DNA of 64,000 nt from Minisyncoccota bacterium (GTDB lineage Bacteria > Patescibacteriota > Minisyncoccia > Phycocordibacterales > UBA9973), in NCBI GenBank assembly GCA_041663185.1, contig JBAZQY010000002.1, positions 10,629 through 74,628 on the forward strand, given 5' to 3'. The translations under genes were made by a program, and so were the position numbers. The notes beneath the pieces were generated by a model. It searched no databases. It had not been told where the DNA came from and saw only the letters and a list, made by a program, of their open reading frames with translations. Shown here piece after piece: positions 35,893 to 44,375 of this stretch. Positions within the stretch are counted from its first letter, which is position 1. Each line of letters starts with the position of its first letter.

Positions 35893-38166
35893 ATGACTTT
35901 TAAATCTATTGAACTTGTTGGGTTTAAATCATTCGGCAAAAAAAGTGTTGTGAATTTCACCACACCTATTACGGCTATCGTTGGCCCGAATGGTTCTGGC
36001 AAATCAAACATCGTCGAAGCAATTCGATTTGTGCTCGGCGAGCAATCAATGAAATCACTTCGTGGAAAGGGAGGAGTTGATCTTATTTTTAAGGGATCAA
36101 AGGCGTTATCTTCATCCTCACGTGCGCAAGTGGTGATTACATTTGATAATAAAGATAAGATTTTTTCTTTTACAAATAGTGGTTTAGGGGTGTCACTTGA
36201 TTATGATGAAATAATTATTGGTCGAGAAGTTTTTGCCGATGGGTCAAATAAGTATTCTATTAATCACACAGAAGTTCGTTTGAAAGATGTTGTTGACTTA
36301 CTTGCCTCAGTGAATATCGGAAGTTCTGGGCATCATATTATCTCTCAAGGCGAAGCTGATCGTGTTTTAAATGCCTCAAATAAAGAACGTAAAGGAATGA
36401 TTGAAGATGCTTTAGGCTTACGAGTTTATCAATACAGAATTAAAGAATCAGAACGAAAATTAGAAAAAACGCAATTGAATATAAAAGAAGTTCAAGCCCT
36501 ACGACGCGAGATTGCTCCTCACTTAGCGTTCTTAAAAAAACAGGTTCAAATTGTCGAACGGGCTAAGGGAATGAGAGAAGAATTACGAGAATTATATAGA
36601 GTCTATCTTTCTCAAGAAGGAACATATATTAGGACTGAGACAAAACGTCTTTCTGATTCGAAGCATTTACTTAAAGAAAAAGAAGCATCTCTGGGTTTGC
36701 GTATTGGAAAATTACAGAGTCAAAAAGCTGAGAATCAAGCTGAAAATATATACATAAAACAAATAAACGATAATGAAAATAGGGCCTTTTCTCTGCGTGA
36801 AAAAAAGAATGAATTAGTTCGTAAATTAGGAAGAATTGAAGGAATTGTTGAGGGGATTGAGAAACAATCTTCTTTGTTCAAGGAGGTTAAAAATAATGCA
36901 ATTAGTGAGAAAGAATTAAGAACTTTTATAGAAGACATTTCATCTCGTATTGATGAAGCCATAAAAATAGAAGATTTGCAAAACATAATCGAAACCTTAC
37001 AAAATCTAAAATTGTATGTGGTTGAGTTTTTTGATAATAAAGATAGTGGGGAAAATAAAAATATCTCTTTAGAAGAAAATCCCGAATATAAAGAGATGCA
37101 AAAAACAAAAAATGATATTTTAGATGAAATAGAAAAAATAAAAAAGGAAGAGGAAGAAATATTAAATGTAATTTCAGAATTAAAACAAAAAGAACAAAGA
37201 GGGCAAGAATCATATCGCGATAGTGAACGGGTATTATACGAACTCTTAGGAGAAAAAAATGAAGTTGTTTCTAATCTGCACTCGATTTCCTTTGAAGAAG
37301 AAAAACTTTCTCTAATTAAAAATGCTTTTGAGATGGAGCTTGCAGAAGCCGGGGTATTGATTGGTAGAGAAATTATTTCTTTTGCTGAAACTAAAGTAGA
37401 AGGAGAAATCAGTCGAACTTCTCAAGAAGAACTTCGACGTAAGATTGAACGAATAAAAATTAAAATTGAAGATGCGGGTAGTGGAAGTGGGGAAGAGGTG
37501 ATGAAAGAGTACGAGGAGACAACTGAGCGTGATGCCTTTTTAGCTAAAGAAATTGAAGATTTAAACAAAAGTATTAAAGATTGTGATATTTTGATTGAAG
37601 AATTAAGAGAAAAATTAGACACAGAATTTAAATCAGGTGTTGATAAAATAAATAAACAGTTCCAAGAATTTTTTGCTTTGATGTTTGGTGGGGGAGGAGC
37701 ATCACTTTCAATTACGATGGAATACAAGAAACCAAAGAAGGATGATGAATCTATCGCCGATGAAGAAGCAGGAGAAGAAAGTGATGAGGAGGAAAACGAT
37801 ATGAGTTTTGAAAGGGGGATAGAAATAAATGTAAATCTTCCGCACAAAAAAGTTAAAGACCTACACATGCTCTCAGGAGGAGAAAGGTCTCTAACCTCTA
37901 TCGCACTTTTGTTTGCGATTACCCAAGTCAACCCACCACCATTTTTAGTGTTGGATGAAACCGATGCCGCTCTTGATGAAGCTAATTCAAGAAAATATGG
38001 AAATATGCTTGAAAATCTTTCGAAATATTCTGAGCTTATCGTTGTTACTCACAATCGCGAGACGATGTCGCGAGCCCAAGTCCTCTATGGAGTGACAATG
38101 AGCGGGGAAGGTGTTTCCAAACTTCTCTCCATCCACCTCGAAGACGCAACCACCTACGCAAAATAA
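35893..38166 (+). CDS. smc: SMC-family chromosome-segregation ATPase (short form)
   Basis: N-terminal Walker A GPNGSGKSNIVEAIRFVLG. Long coiled-coil. C-terminal ABC signature LSGGERSLTSIALLFAI and Walker B LVLDETDAALD. Confidence 0.75.
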   Translation: MTFKSIELVGFKSFGKKSVVNFTTPITAIVGPNGSGKSNIVEAIRFVLGEQSMKSLRGKGGVDLIFKGSKALSSSSRAQVVITFDNKDKIFSFTNSGLGVSLDYDEIIIGREVFADGSNKYSINHTEVRLKDVVDLLASVNIGSSGHHIISQGEADRVLNASNKERKGMIEDALGLRVYQYRIKESERKLEKTQLNIKEVQALRREIAPHLAFLKKQVQIVERAKGMREELRELYRVYLSQEGTYIRTETKRLSDSKHLLKEKEASLGLRIGKLQSQKAENQAENIYIKQINDNENRAFSLREKKNELVRKLGRIEGIVEGIEKQSSLFKEVKNNAISEKELRTFIEDISSRIDEAIKIEDLQNIIETLQNLKLYVVEFFDNKDSGENKNISLEENPEYKEMQKTKNDILDEIEKIKKEEEEILNVISELKQKEQRGQESYRDSERVLYELLGEKNEVVSNLHSISFEEEKLSLIKNAFEMELAEAGVLIGREIISFAETKVEGEISRTSQEELRRKIERIKIKIEDAGSGSGEEVMKEYEETTERDAFLAKEIEDLNKSIKDCDILIEELREKLDTEFKSGVDKINKQFQEFFALMFGGGGASLSITMEYKKPKKDDESIADEEAGEESDEEENDMSFERGIEINVNLPHKKVKDLHMLSGGERSLTSIALLFAITQVNPPPFLVLDETDAALDEANSRKYGNMLENLSKYSELIVVTHNRETMSRAQVLYGVTMSGEGVSKLLSIHLEDATTYAK

Positions 38167-38191
38167 TATAAGAAATATTGAGTTAATAAAA

Positions 38192-38222
38192 AAGACCGTC
38201 ATGATGTGGCGGTCTTTTTTAT
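38192..38222 (+). terminator. rho-independent terminator after smc
   Basis: AAGACCG-tcatgatgtgg-CGGTCTT followed by TTTTTT. Confidence 0.6.
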
Positions 38223-38308
38223 TGGGAATATTTTTAAAACATTGACTCTATTTATAAACCATGATATAATTATGGAAAATTCATAACCAAATCAAAAAAT
38301 TTATAATT

Positions 38309-38698
38309 ATGAAAAAATATGTTCTTTTTACGTGCTTGTTGGTTATTTCTCTTTCTGTTTTTGGACAGACGAAAGAGCAATTAGCAGAAACGTTAAGGAA
38401 AAGAGGAGATTTTGATTCTCTTTTCTTAGTCACTGATTCACAAATGAGTGAAATTGAAAAAAATGCTTGGCGTTTTGCTCAGCAGATTGAGGAGTTCTGG
38501 CGTCCCCCTGAACATTCTTCACAACCTATTTATCTTACTGCAGATATCTTAGTAAATAGCAAGGTAGACAAGGGGAAACAAAAATCTCCATCAACGGCTC
38601 TAATAATTTTTGGCATCGTGGCATTATTTTCTCTTATCTTTGCTCCTGCGATTAAAATTAAATATTCACTTCGCAAGCCCAGACGAAGATTAATCTAA
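38309..38698 (+). CDS. small secreted/membrane hypothetical protein
   Basis: Signal peptide and C-terminal TM helix. No recognisable domain. Confidence 0.35.
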   Translation: MKKYVLFTCLLVISLSVFGQTKEQLAETLRKRGDFDSLFLVTDSQMSEIEKNAWRFAQQIEEFWRPPEHSSQPIYLTADILVNSKVDKGKQKSPSTALIIFGIVALFSLIFAPAIKIKYSLRKPRRRLI

Positions 38699-38751
38699 CT
38701 ATCTCTCCTGCTTTAGTAATTGTTGCTGAAGCAGGAGATTTTTTTATCTAA

Positions 38752-40347
38752 TTATTTTAAAAACTCAGTTATGGTTAAGTCGGATTCTTTTATTAATTTT
38801 GCATTTTCAATTCCTACATAACGATAATGCCACGGTTCATATTTATAACCCGTAATATTTTCTTTGCCTTCTGGATAACTCTGAATGAAGCCATATAAGT
38901 AAGCATTTTCTTCAAGCCAATCATTTTCAGGTGTTTGACCAAAATTATCTGTGGAAGAAGAATAATTTATTGATGCGCCTGTTAAATCAACAGTTGTGCC
39001 TAATTGATGTTCTGAATATCCAGGTTTAGCGACAGAAATTAAAGCATCTTCGTTTTTCTTTACAGCTTCTTCAAATATAATTTTTTGAATTTCATAACTT
39101 CTGAAGCTAGAACTTGCTTTTATTGAAATACCATCTGTCTTAGCATCCTTGATCATTGATTCAAAAAAATCTTTTGCTTCTTTTATTAAACATAGATATT
39201 CTTTTGTACTTGATTCTTTATTTAGAATATTTAACTCATCAGGGATATATGTTGGATCGGGTAAACCAATTATTTGTCCAATGTTTAATAATCTCATATC
39301 GTCATAATCTTTTTTAGGAACTGGGCATCCTGTTTTTGTTATTTTTTCTACTTCTTTCACTTCTTCAACTAAAAATATTCCTTCTGGTTGGTATTGTTTG
39401 TTTAAGATAATTATTTTTTTATCAGTTTTGACTAAATTTTTTCCATCAAAAGTGGCTGAAAAAAGCATCCCTTGCATTGTGTCTTTTGAAAAATATTGAT
39501 CAAAAATAAAATTACCAAGTGAGTAAACGATTGTTTTTTCTTTGTATATTTCAATATCTTGCATAACATGAGGATGGTGTCCGATTATCATATCGGCGCC
39601 ATTATCTATTGCTTCATATGCGAGTTTTTCTTGACGTTTATTGTGGATAAGTTTGTACTCTTCTCCCCAATGGAAAGATACAATAAGCACATCGCATTTT
39701 AATTTAGCATTTTGAATGATATTTGGTAAATTGGGGTCACTAGCTAGAAGGATGCCAGAAATATCTAACTTTGCTTCCATCCAATTTGGTCCAACATCTG
39801 AAAATCCCAAGAAGCCGAATTTTATTCCATTTTTCTCTATGATAATTGGATTTTCAGCATCTTCTTTATTTATTCCTGCTCCTGTTTTTAAAATACCAGT
39901 TTCAGCTAATCTAGATAATGAATCTTTGAATGCACTCATATTCCAATCGCCGATATGATTATTTGCAAAAGAGACTATGTCAAAACCAGCCTCCTTTATA
40001 ACGGGAAGTATTTTTGGATCCATACGGAATGAATATTTGCTTCCTACATTATTTCCTTTATCTGAGACATCTCCTTCAAGATTTGCGAATAGAATGTCAG
40101 CTTCTTTTAGTTCTTTGAGATTTTCAAATAATTTACTATAGTCCCCACCGAAATTTTTATCGACTGAAGTTTTAACTCCACGAGTAAGCATCATGTCTCC
40201 GACGAAAAATAAAGTAGTTGTCTGGGGTTTCGTTTCTTCTGTGTTCTGGACAAGAGGATGTTCGTTGATGTTCTTTATTTTTAAAATAAAAAATAGAAGA
40301 AAAATGGAAAATAATATAATAATGAATTTAATTTTTTTATTTTTCAT
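38752..40347 (-). CDS. CapA-family metallophosphoesterase fused to M15 (VanY-type) D-Ala-D-Ala carboxypeptidase
   Basis: N-terminal signal. CapA motifs (DMMLTRGV, FANLEG, DIVSFANNH, DMIIGHHPHV). C-terminal SxHxxGxAxD (SEHQLGTTVDL) and EPWHYRY motifs. Confidence 0.7.
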   Translation of the reverse strand: MKNKKIKFIIILFSIFLLFFILKIKNINEHPLVQNTEETKPQTTTLFFVGDMMLTRGVKTSVDKNFGGDYSKLFENLKELKEADILFANLEGDVSDKGNNVGSKYSFRMDPKILPVIKEAGFDIVSFANNHIGDWNMSAFKDSLSRLAETGILKTGAGINKEDAENPIIIEKNGIKFGFLGFSDVGPNWMEAKLDISGILLASDPNLPNIIQNAKLKCDVLIVSFHWGEEYKLIHNKRQEKLAYEAIDNGADMIIGHHPHVMQDIEIYKEKTIVYSLGNFIFDQYFSKDTMQGMLFSATFDGKNLVKTDKKIIILNKQYQPEGIFLVEEVKEVEKITKTGCPVPKKDYDDMRLLNIGQIIGLPDPTYIPDELNILNKESSTKEYLCLIKEAKDFFESMIKDAKTDGISIKASSSFRSYEIQKIIFEEAVKKNEDALISVAKPGYSEHQLGTTVDLTGASINYSSSTDNFGQTPENDWLEENAYLYGFIQSYPEGKENITGYKYEPWHYRYVGIENAKLIKESDLTITEFLK

Positions 40348-40353
40348 AATATA

Positions 40354-42285
40354 TTATCTTAATTCGTAATCAATTGTTTTTTTGTTCATATCTGCATTTT
40401 TGACAACAAAATGGACTTTATCACCAAGAGTATATTTTTTGTGAGTTTTCTTTCCACGGATACTCATACCTTCTTTATCAAAAGTATAGTAATCATCTTT
40501 TAGATCTCGCATTCGAACCATACCTTCACACTTAGTCAATTTATCCTCAACATATAACCCCCATTCAGTTACTCCAGTAATTATTCCATCATATTTTTCT
40601 CCAATACGGCTAGACATATATTCTACTTGTTTGTACTTAATAGAAGCACGCTCGGCTTCGGATGCTTCTTTTTCTCTATTTGAGGCTTCACCACTCATTT
40701 GTTCATATTCAAACCATCTTTCTTTAGGGATAGTTTTATTTTCTAAGAAATCAGAAAGTAAACGATGAACAATCACGTCAGGATATCGGCGAATTGGAGA
40801 AGTGAAGTGAGTATAATATTTAAATCCAAGTCCATAGTGGCCAATATTTTTTGTTGAATAAATTGCCTTGGCCATTGTGCGGATGATGGCGCTATGAATC
40901 GTATCCCTGATTGGGCTATGCTCCAATTTACTTATTAAGGCATTTATTTCTTCTGATGGGATTATCCCATTTACTAATCTAACCCTATACCCAAGTCGTT
41001 TGAGAAAGATTGATAAATCCTTAATCTTTTCTTTATTAGGAAAATCGTGAACTCGATATAAGAATACACCTTGCGCTCCGTTTTTCTTTTTGGACATGAA
41101 TTCAGCGACTCTACGATTAGCCAGTAGCATAAACTCTTCAATTAATTTATTACTATCACCACGTTCTTTAATAAAGACGGATAAGGGAACTCCATTAATA
41201 CCCAATTTAAATTTGACCTCTTCTTGTTCAAGAGAAATAGCCCCTTCATCGAAACGTTTTTTTAATAGTTTTTTGGCTATATTATTTAATATTGAAAGTT
41301 CTTCAAAAAATGTTCCATGTCTCTGATCTAAAATTTTTCCAGCTTCTTCATAGGTAAACCTTTTATCTGAGTGAATCATTGTTCTCCCAAACCATTCGCT
41401 ATGTATTGTACCCGTCTTATCTAATTGAAATATAGCCGAGAAGGTTAATCGATCAACGTTTGGATTCAAACTACAAATTCCATTTGAAAGTTCTTCGGGG
41501 AGCATAGGAATTGTTCGATCAACTAGATACACCGAAGTGCCACGACGACGAGCTTCTTTATCTAAATCACTTCCTAATTTTACATAATGGGAAACATCGG
41601 CAATGTGAACACCGATCTCAAAGTGTCCGTTTTCAAGTTTTTTAAAAGAAATAGCATCGTCAAAATCTTTAGCATCATCAGGATCAATTGTGAAGGTAGT
41701 TATCTTTCGCAGGTCACGTCTAGCTTCTATCTCATGTTTGGTAATTCCTGTTTGAGAAATTTTTTGTGCCTCTTTGATAATCTGAGAGGGGAAAGTTGAA
41801 TTGAACCCTTTTTCCAGGGCAATAGCTTCCATCTCGGCATTATGTTCCATTGGCTCTCCTAGTATTTTGGTAACTTCTCCGATTGGAGCTTTTTTTGCGT
41901 CTTTCCAATCTGATATAGTGACGAAAATTTTTTGTCCTATTTTTGCTCCGTTTAATTTATTTTCTGGAATTACAATATCGGAGTACATCTTTAAATCAGA
42001 AGGTATAAGAAAATAAGTATCATTTTCTTTCTCAAGTACGCCAGCGTAACCTTTTTTTGAGCGATTAAGTATTTTCATAACTTCACCGCCCAAAGTGCCA
42101 TCTTTCTTTTTTGAGTGCATTAAAATAGTGACTGTATCACCATTGCAAGCTGTTCTTAGAAAATTATGCTCTATCTCGACGACTTCATTTTCTTTATTAT
42201 TTAAACGGACAGACCCTGTGCCCTTATGAGATATATGTATTATTCCTTCAAAGTTTCGATCGAATTGTTTGTGTTTTTTCTGCAT
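40354..42285 (-). CDS. rnr: ribonuclease R (RNB family 3'-5' exoribonuclease) with C-terminal S1 domain
   Basis: RNB catalytic motifs (FTIDPDDAKDFDDA, VYLVDRTIPMLPEELSNGICSLNP). C-terminal S1-like region. Confidence 0.85.
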   Translation of the reverse strand: MQKKHKQFDRNFEGIIHISHKGTGSVRLNNKENEVVEIEHNFLRTACNGDTVTILMHSKKKDGTLGGEVMKILNRSKKGYAGVLEKENDTYFLIPSDLKMYSDIVIPENKLNGAKIGQKIFVTISDWKDAKKAPIGEVTKILGEPMEHNAEMEAIALEKGFNSTFPSQIIKEAQKISQTGITKHEIEARRDLRKITTFTIDPDDAKDFDDAISFKKLENGHFEIGVHIADVSHYVKLGSDLDKEARRRGTSVYLVDRTIPMLPEELSNGICSLNPNVDRLTFSAIFQLDKTGTIHSEWFGRTMIHSDKRFTYEEAGKILDQRHGTFFEELSILNNIAKKLLKKRFDEGAISLEQEEVKFKLGINGVPLSVFIKERGDSNKLIEEFMLLANRRVAEFMSKKKNGAQGVFLYRVHDFPNKEKIKDLSIFLKRLGYRVRLVNGIIPSEEINALISKLEHSPIRDTIHSAIIRTMAKAIYSTKNIGHYGLGFKYYTHFTSPIRRYPDVIVHRLLSDFLENKTIPKERWFEYEQMSGEASNREKEASEAERASIKYKQVEYMSSRIGEKYDGIITGVTEWGLYVEDKLTKCEGMVRMRDLKDDYYTFDKEGMSIRGKKTHKKYTLGDKVHFVVKNADMNKKTIDYELR

Positions 42286-42349
42286 ATTATGAGTATAACA
42301 TAGAATAGGGGGGTTGATTCATTAATATCTTTGTGCTAGGATACCTTGT

Positions 42350-42655
42350 ATGTTAAAGATACGGTTACAAAGAATAGGGCGCAAGAATGATCCAGCTTTT
42401 CGGGTTGTTTTGACTGATTCAAAGAACTCAGCAAAGAGTGGAAGATTTAAAGAAATCTTGGGCTCATATAATTTAAAAAAAGGGGAAGTATTATTTAAGC
42501 AAGATAGAATCGCTCACTGGATGAGTCATGGAGCTCAAGTCTCAGATACTGTCCACAATTTCCTTGTCCACCAGAAATTGATTGAAGGAAAGAAGAAGAA
42601 CGTTCTATCAAAGAAATCACCAACCAAAGCTCGTAAAGAACTCAAAAAAGCATAA
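42350..42655 (+). CDS. rpsP: 30S ribosomal protein S16
   Basis: MLKIRLQRIGRKNDPAFRVVLTDSKNSAKSGRFKEILGSYN is a canonical S16 N-terminus. Confidence 0.9.
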   Translation: MLKIRLQRIGRKNDPAFRVVLTDSKNSAKSGRFKEILGSYNLKKGEVLFKQDRIAHWMSHGAQVSDTVHNFLVHQKLIEGKKKNVLSKKSPTKARKELKKA

Positions 42656-42664
42656 AACTAAAGT

Positions 42665-42684
42665 CCCCGAAAGGGGATTTTTTG
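42665..42684 (+). terminator. rho-independent terminator after rpsP
   Basis: TCCCC-gaaa-GGGGA followed by TTTTTT. Confidence 0.6.
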
Positions 42685-42776
42685 AGCTTGCTTTTTTCTG
42701 TATATATGATATAATATAGAAGAATACCGCGGATGCCGAAAAGCGATAACAGAGTAGGCTCTTTTAAAACTTTATT

Positions 42777-43520
42777 ATGATGATAACTGAAAAGATTACA
42801 TCAGACCCAATGACCGAAGGTCAACTTAAAGCAATCAAGCGTTTGCTTGAAGATGGTATTAATTTATTTAATTCCACCGACCTCGTAGCCCTTGGTTTTA
42901 CCAAGGATGAATCGCAGGAAATTCTTAAAAAAGGAAATCTGATTCAGAACGAAACGAAAGTGTTCCTGACAGCGTTACTAAAAAAGTATGCAATCATCGA
43001 CAAACGTTTTGGTGTTCCTATTGAATTCAATCTAACGGTTCCTGCCGACTACAATCACGACAAGCAAATTGACACTTCAGCCCAAAAAGCAAAAGGTGAA
43101 AAGACCACGTATTACTACAACGATGATCTTAACAGTAAGAATTTTACAAAAGCAACCAGGAAACTGGAGCCGGGCAAAACATACAACGTAAAAATCATCC
43201 CGATTCTTGAAGGGGTAACGAGCGAAGACTGTCTGACAATATTGAGCAGATACAATGCTATATTGGTAGGCGGGCAGGGTGCAACCTTAGTGTATGATGT
43301 CGCTAAAGATAAACTTCCGAAAGGTAAATGGGCAGTTTCTTTTGATGAAAAGAAGGCTCTCTGGAAAGACGCTGGCGGCTACCGCAGGGTGCCTGGCGTG
43401 ATTGCCCACTCGGATGGTGACTTCAAGTTCGGCCTTGGCTACTTCGAGGGTGACTGGGATGGTGACGGCGTTCTGCTTTGCTTCTGCGACGTGCCTGCTT
43501 CCGAGCAGGCTAGCACTTAG
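42777..43520 (+). CDS. DGR target protein (no signal peptide) carrying the variable repeat at its C-terminus
   Basis: ORF whose last ~120 nt are the VR copy of the downstream TR. C-terminus ...GYRRVPGVIAHSDGDFKFGLGYFEGDWDGDGVLLCFCD. Confidence 0.6.
   Translation: MMITEKITSDPMTEGQLKAIKRLLEDGINLFNSTDLVALGFTKDESQEILKKGNLIQNETKVFLTALLKKYAIIDKRFGVPIEFNLTVPADYNHDKQIDTSAQKAKGEKTTYYYNDDLNSKNFTKATRKLEPGKTYNVKIIPILEGVTSEDCLTILSRYNAILVGGQGATLVYDVAKDKLPKGKWAVSFDEKKALWKDAGGYRRVPGVIAHSDGDFKFGLGYFEGDWDGDGVLLCFCDVPASEQAST
43369..43490 (+). repeat. DGR variable repeat (VR), 122 bp
   Basis: Hand-aligned to 43840..43961: 106/122 identical. All 16 mismatches are at TR adenines. Confidence 0.8.
43493..43510 (+). 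promoter_or_regulatory. GC-rich hairpin (GCCTGCT-tccg-AGCAGGC) immediately 3' of VR, absent after TR; candidate DGR homing hairpin / IMH-associated structure
   Basis: Read directly. 7-bp stem, 4-nt loop, starts 3 nt after the VR/TR homology ends. Confidence 0.45.
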
Positions 43521-43839
43521 TCGCTTTGTTCCTTAAACACATTGGGTCCTTAGACCCTTGATTCTTGTGCTCTTACTTTGTAAGAGCACTTTTTTTATAT
43601 ATAATTAAAAAAGGAAAAAGATTTGACGTGCGGTTACGACTTCACGTTGTCAATTTCTCGTAAAAAGAATTAGCGAGGAATTGCTCGGGTATTCCTTAGC
43701 AGTGAGAGCTACTTTTTATGAAAAAACAAAATAAGTCGGTGCAATATGTCGGTGAGTTTTTAAGACTCAAAATAAAATACAGAGATTGACTGGTGTTGGT
43801 CTCGGTGGAATAGATGGTGTGTTGTACATTGCTTTGCTT

Positions 43840-43961
43840 ACGCTGACGGCAACCACAGGGTGCCTAACGTGAATGCCAACTCGGATGGTGACTTCAAGTT
43901 CAACCTTGGCAACTTCGAGAATGACTGGAATGATGACAACGTTCTGCTTTGCTTCTGCGAC
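43840..43961 (+). repeat. DGR template repeat (TR), 122 bp, rich in AAC/AAT codons in the VR frame
   Basis: See VR. Reads in frame as DGNHRVPNVNANSDGDFKFNLGNFENDWNDDNVLLCFCD. Confidence 0.8.
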
Positions 43962-43978
43962 TCATATCGTTTCTCCCG

Positions 43979-44326
43979 CTACTTGTTAGTGGGAGTTTTA
44001 TCTTGCAAACTTTTCTTCCATCCACCAAGCATCCGACCGACTTCGTCTAATTGAAGAATAATGTTGCCATAGGTAGCGTGGTCAAGCACTTTGTGTTCCC
44101 ACCCAATTTGTAAAAAGAATTTCAATAAATCGGATTTGCCAATAGCTTGAGATACAAGAGATAATTTTTCAAATTTATCACAGGCAAAAGTTGCTCTGAA
44201 TATGAGTTCAAGTAAAGATAAAAAAATATCATCAATTTTAATACCAATAGTATACCTATCAACCTTAGAAATATTTTCTAGATATTTATGCCAAATCTTA
44301 TAAGATTCTTTAGTACGCACAAGCAC
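43979..44326 (-). CDS. avd: Avd-like accessory protein (four-helix-bundle / 23S rRNA intervening-sequence protein family)
   Basis: 115-aa helical ORF (GTG start) between TR and RT with ...ATFACDKFEKLSLVSQAIGKSDLLKFFLQIGWE... resembling TIGR02436-type four-helix-bundle proteins, to which DGR Avd belongs. Confidence 0.5.
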   Translation of the reverse strand: MLVRTKESYKIWHKYLENISKVDRYTIGIKIDDIFLSLLELIFRATFACDKFEKLSLVSQAIGKSDLLKFFLQIGWEHKVLDHATYGNIILQLDEVGRMLGGWKKSLQDKTPTNK

Positions 44327-44341
44327 AAGCGGTGCTTGTGC

Positions 44342-44351
44342 GGGGGGGGGG
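44342..44351. repeat. G10 homopolymer in the divergent avd/RT intergenic region, preceded by hairpin GCACAAGC-ggt-GCTTGTGC (44323..44341)
   Basis: Read directly. Very unusual in this AT-rich context. Confidence 0.6.
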
Positions 44352-44375
44352 TAGTAGATTTATAGTTCTATTATT

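Noticed and set aside
37422-37931. 169-aa Ser-rich minus-strand ORF
   Set aside because: It lies wholly inside smc on the opposite strand and has low-complexity composition.
43860-44054. Listed 64-aa ORF MPNVNANSDGDFKFNLGNFENDWNDDN...
   Set aside because: It is the DGR template repeat read in the target's frame, a non-coding template rich in AAC codons, not an independent gene.
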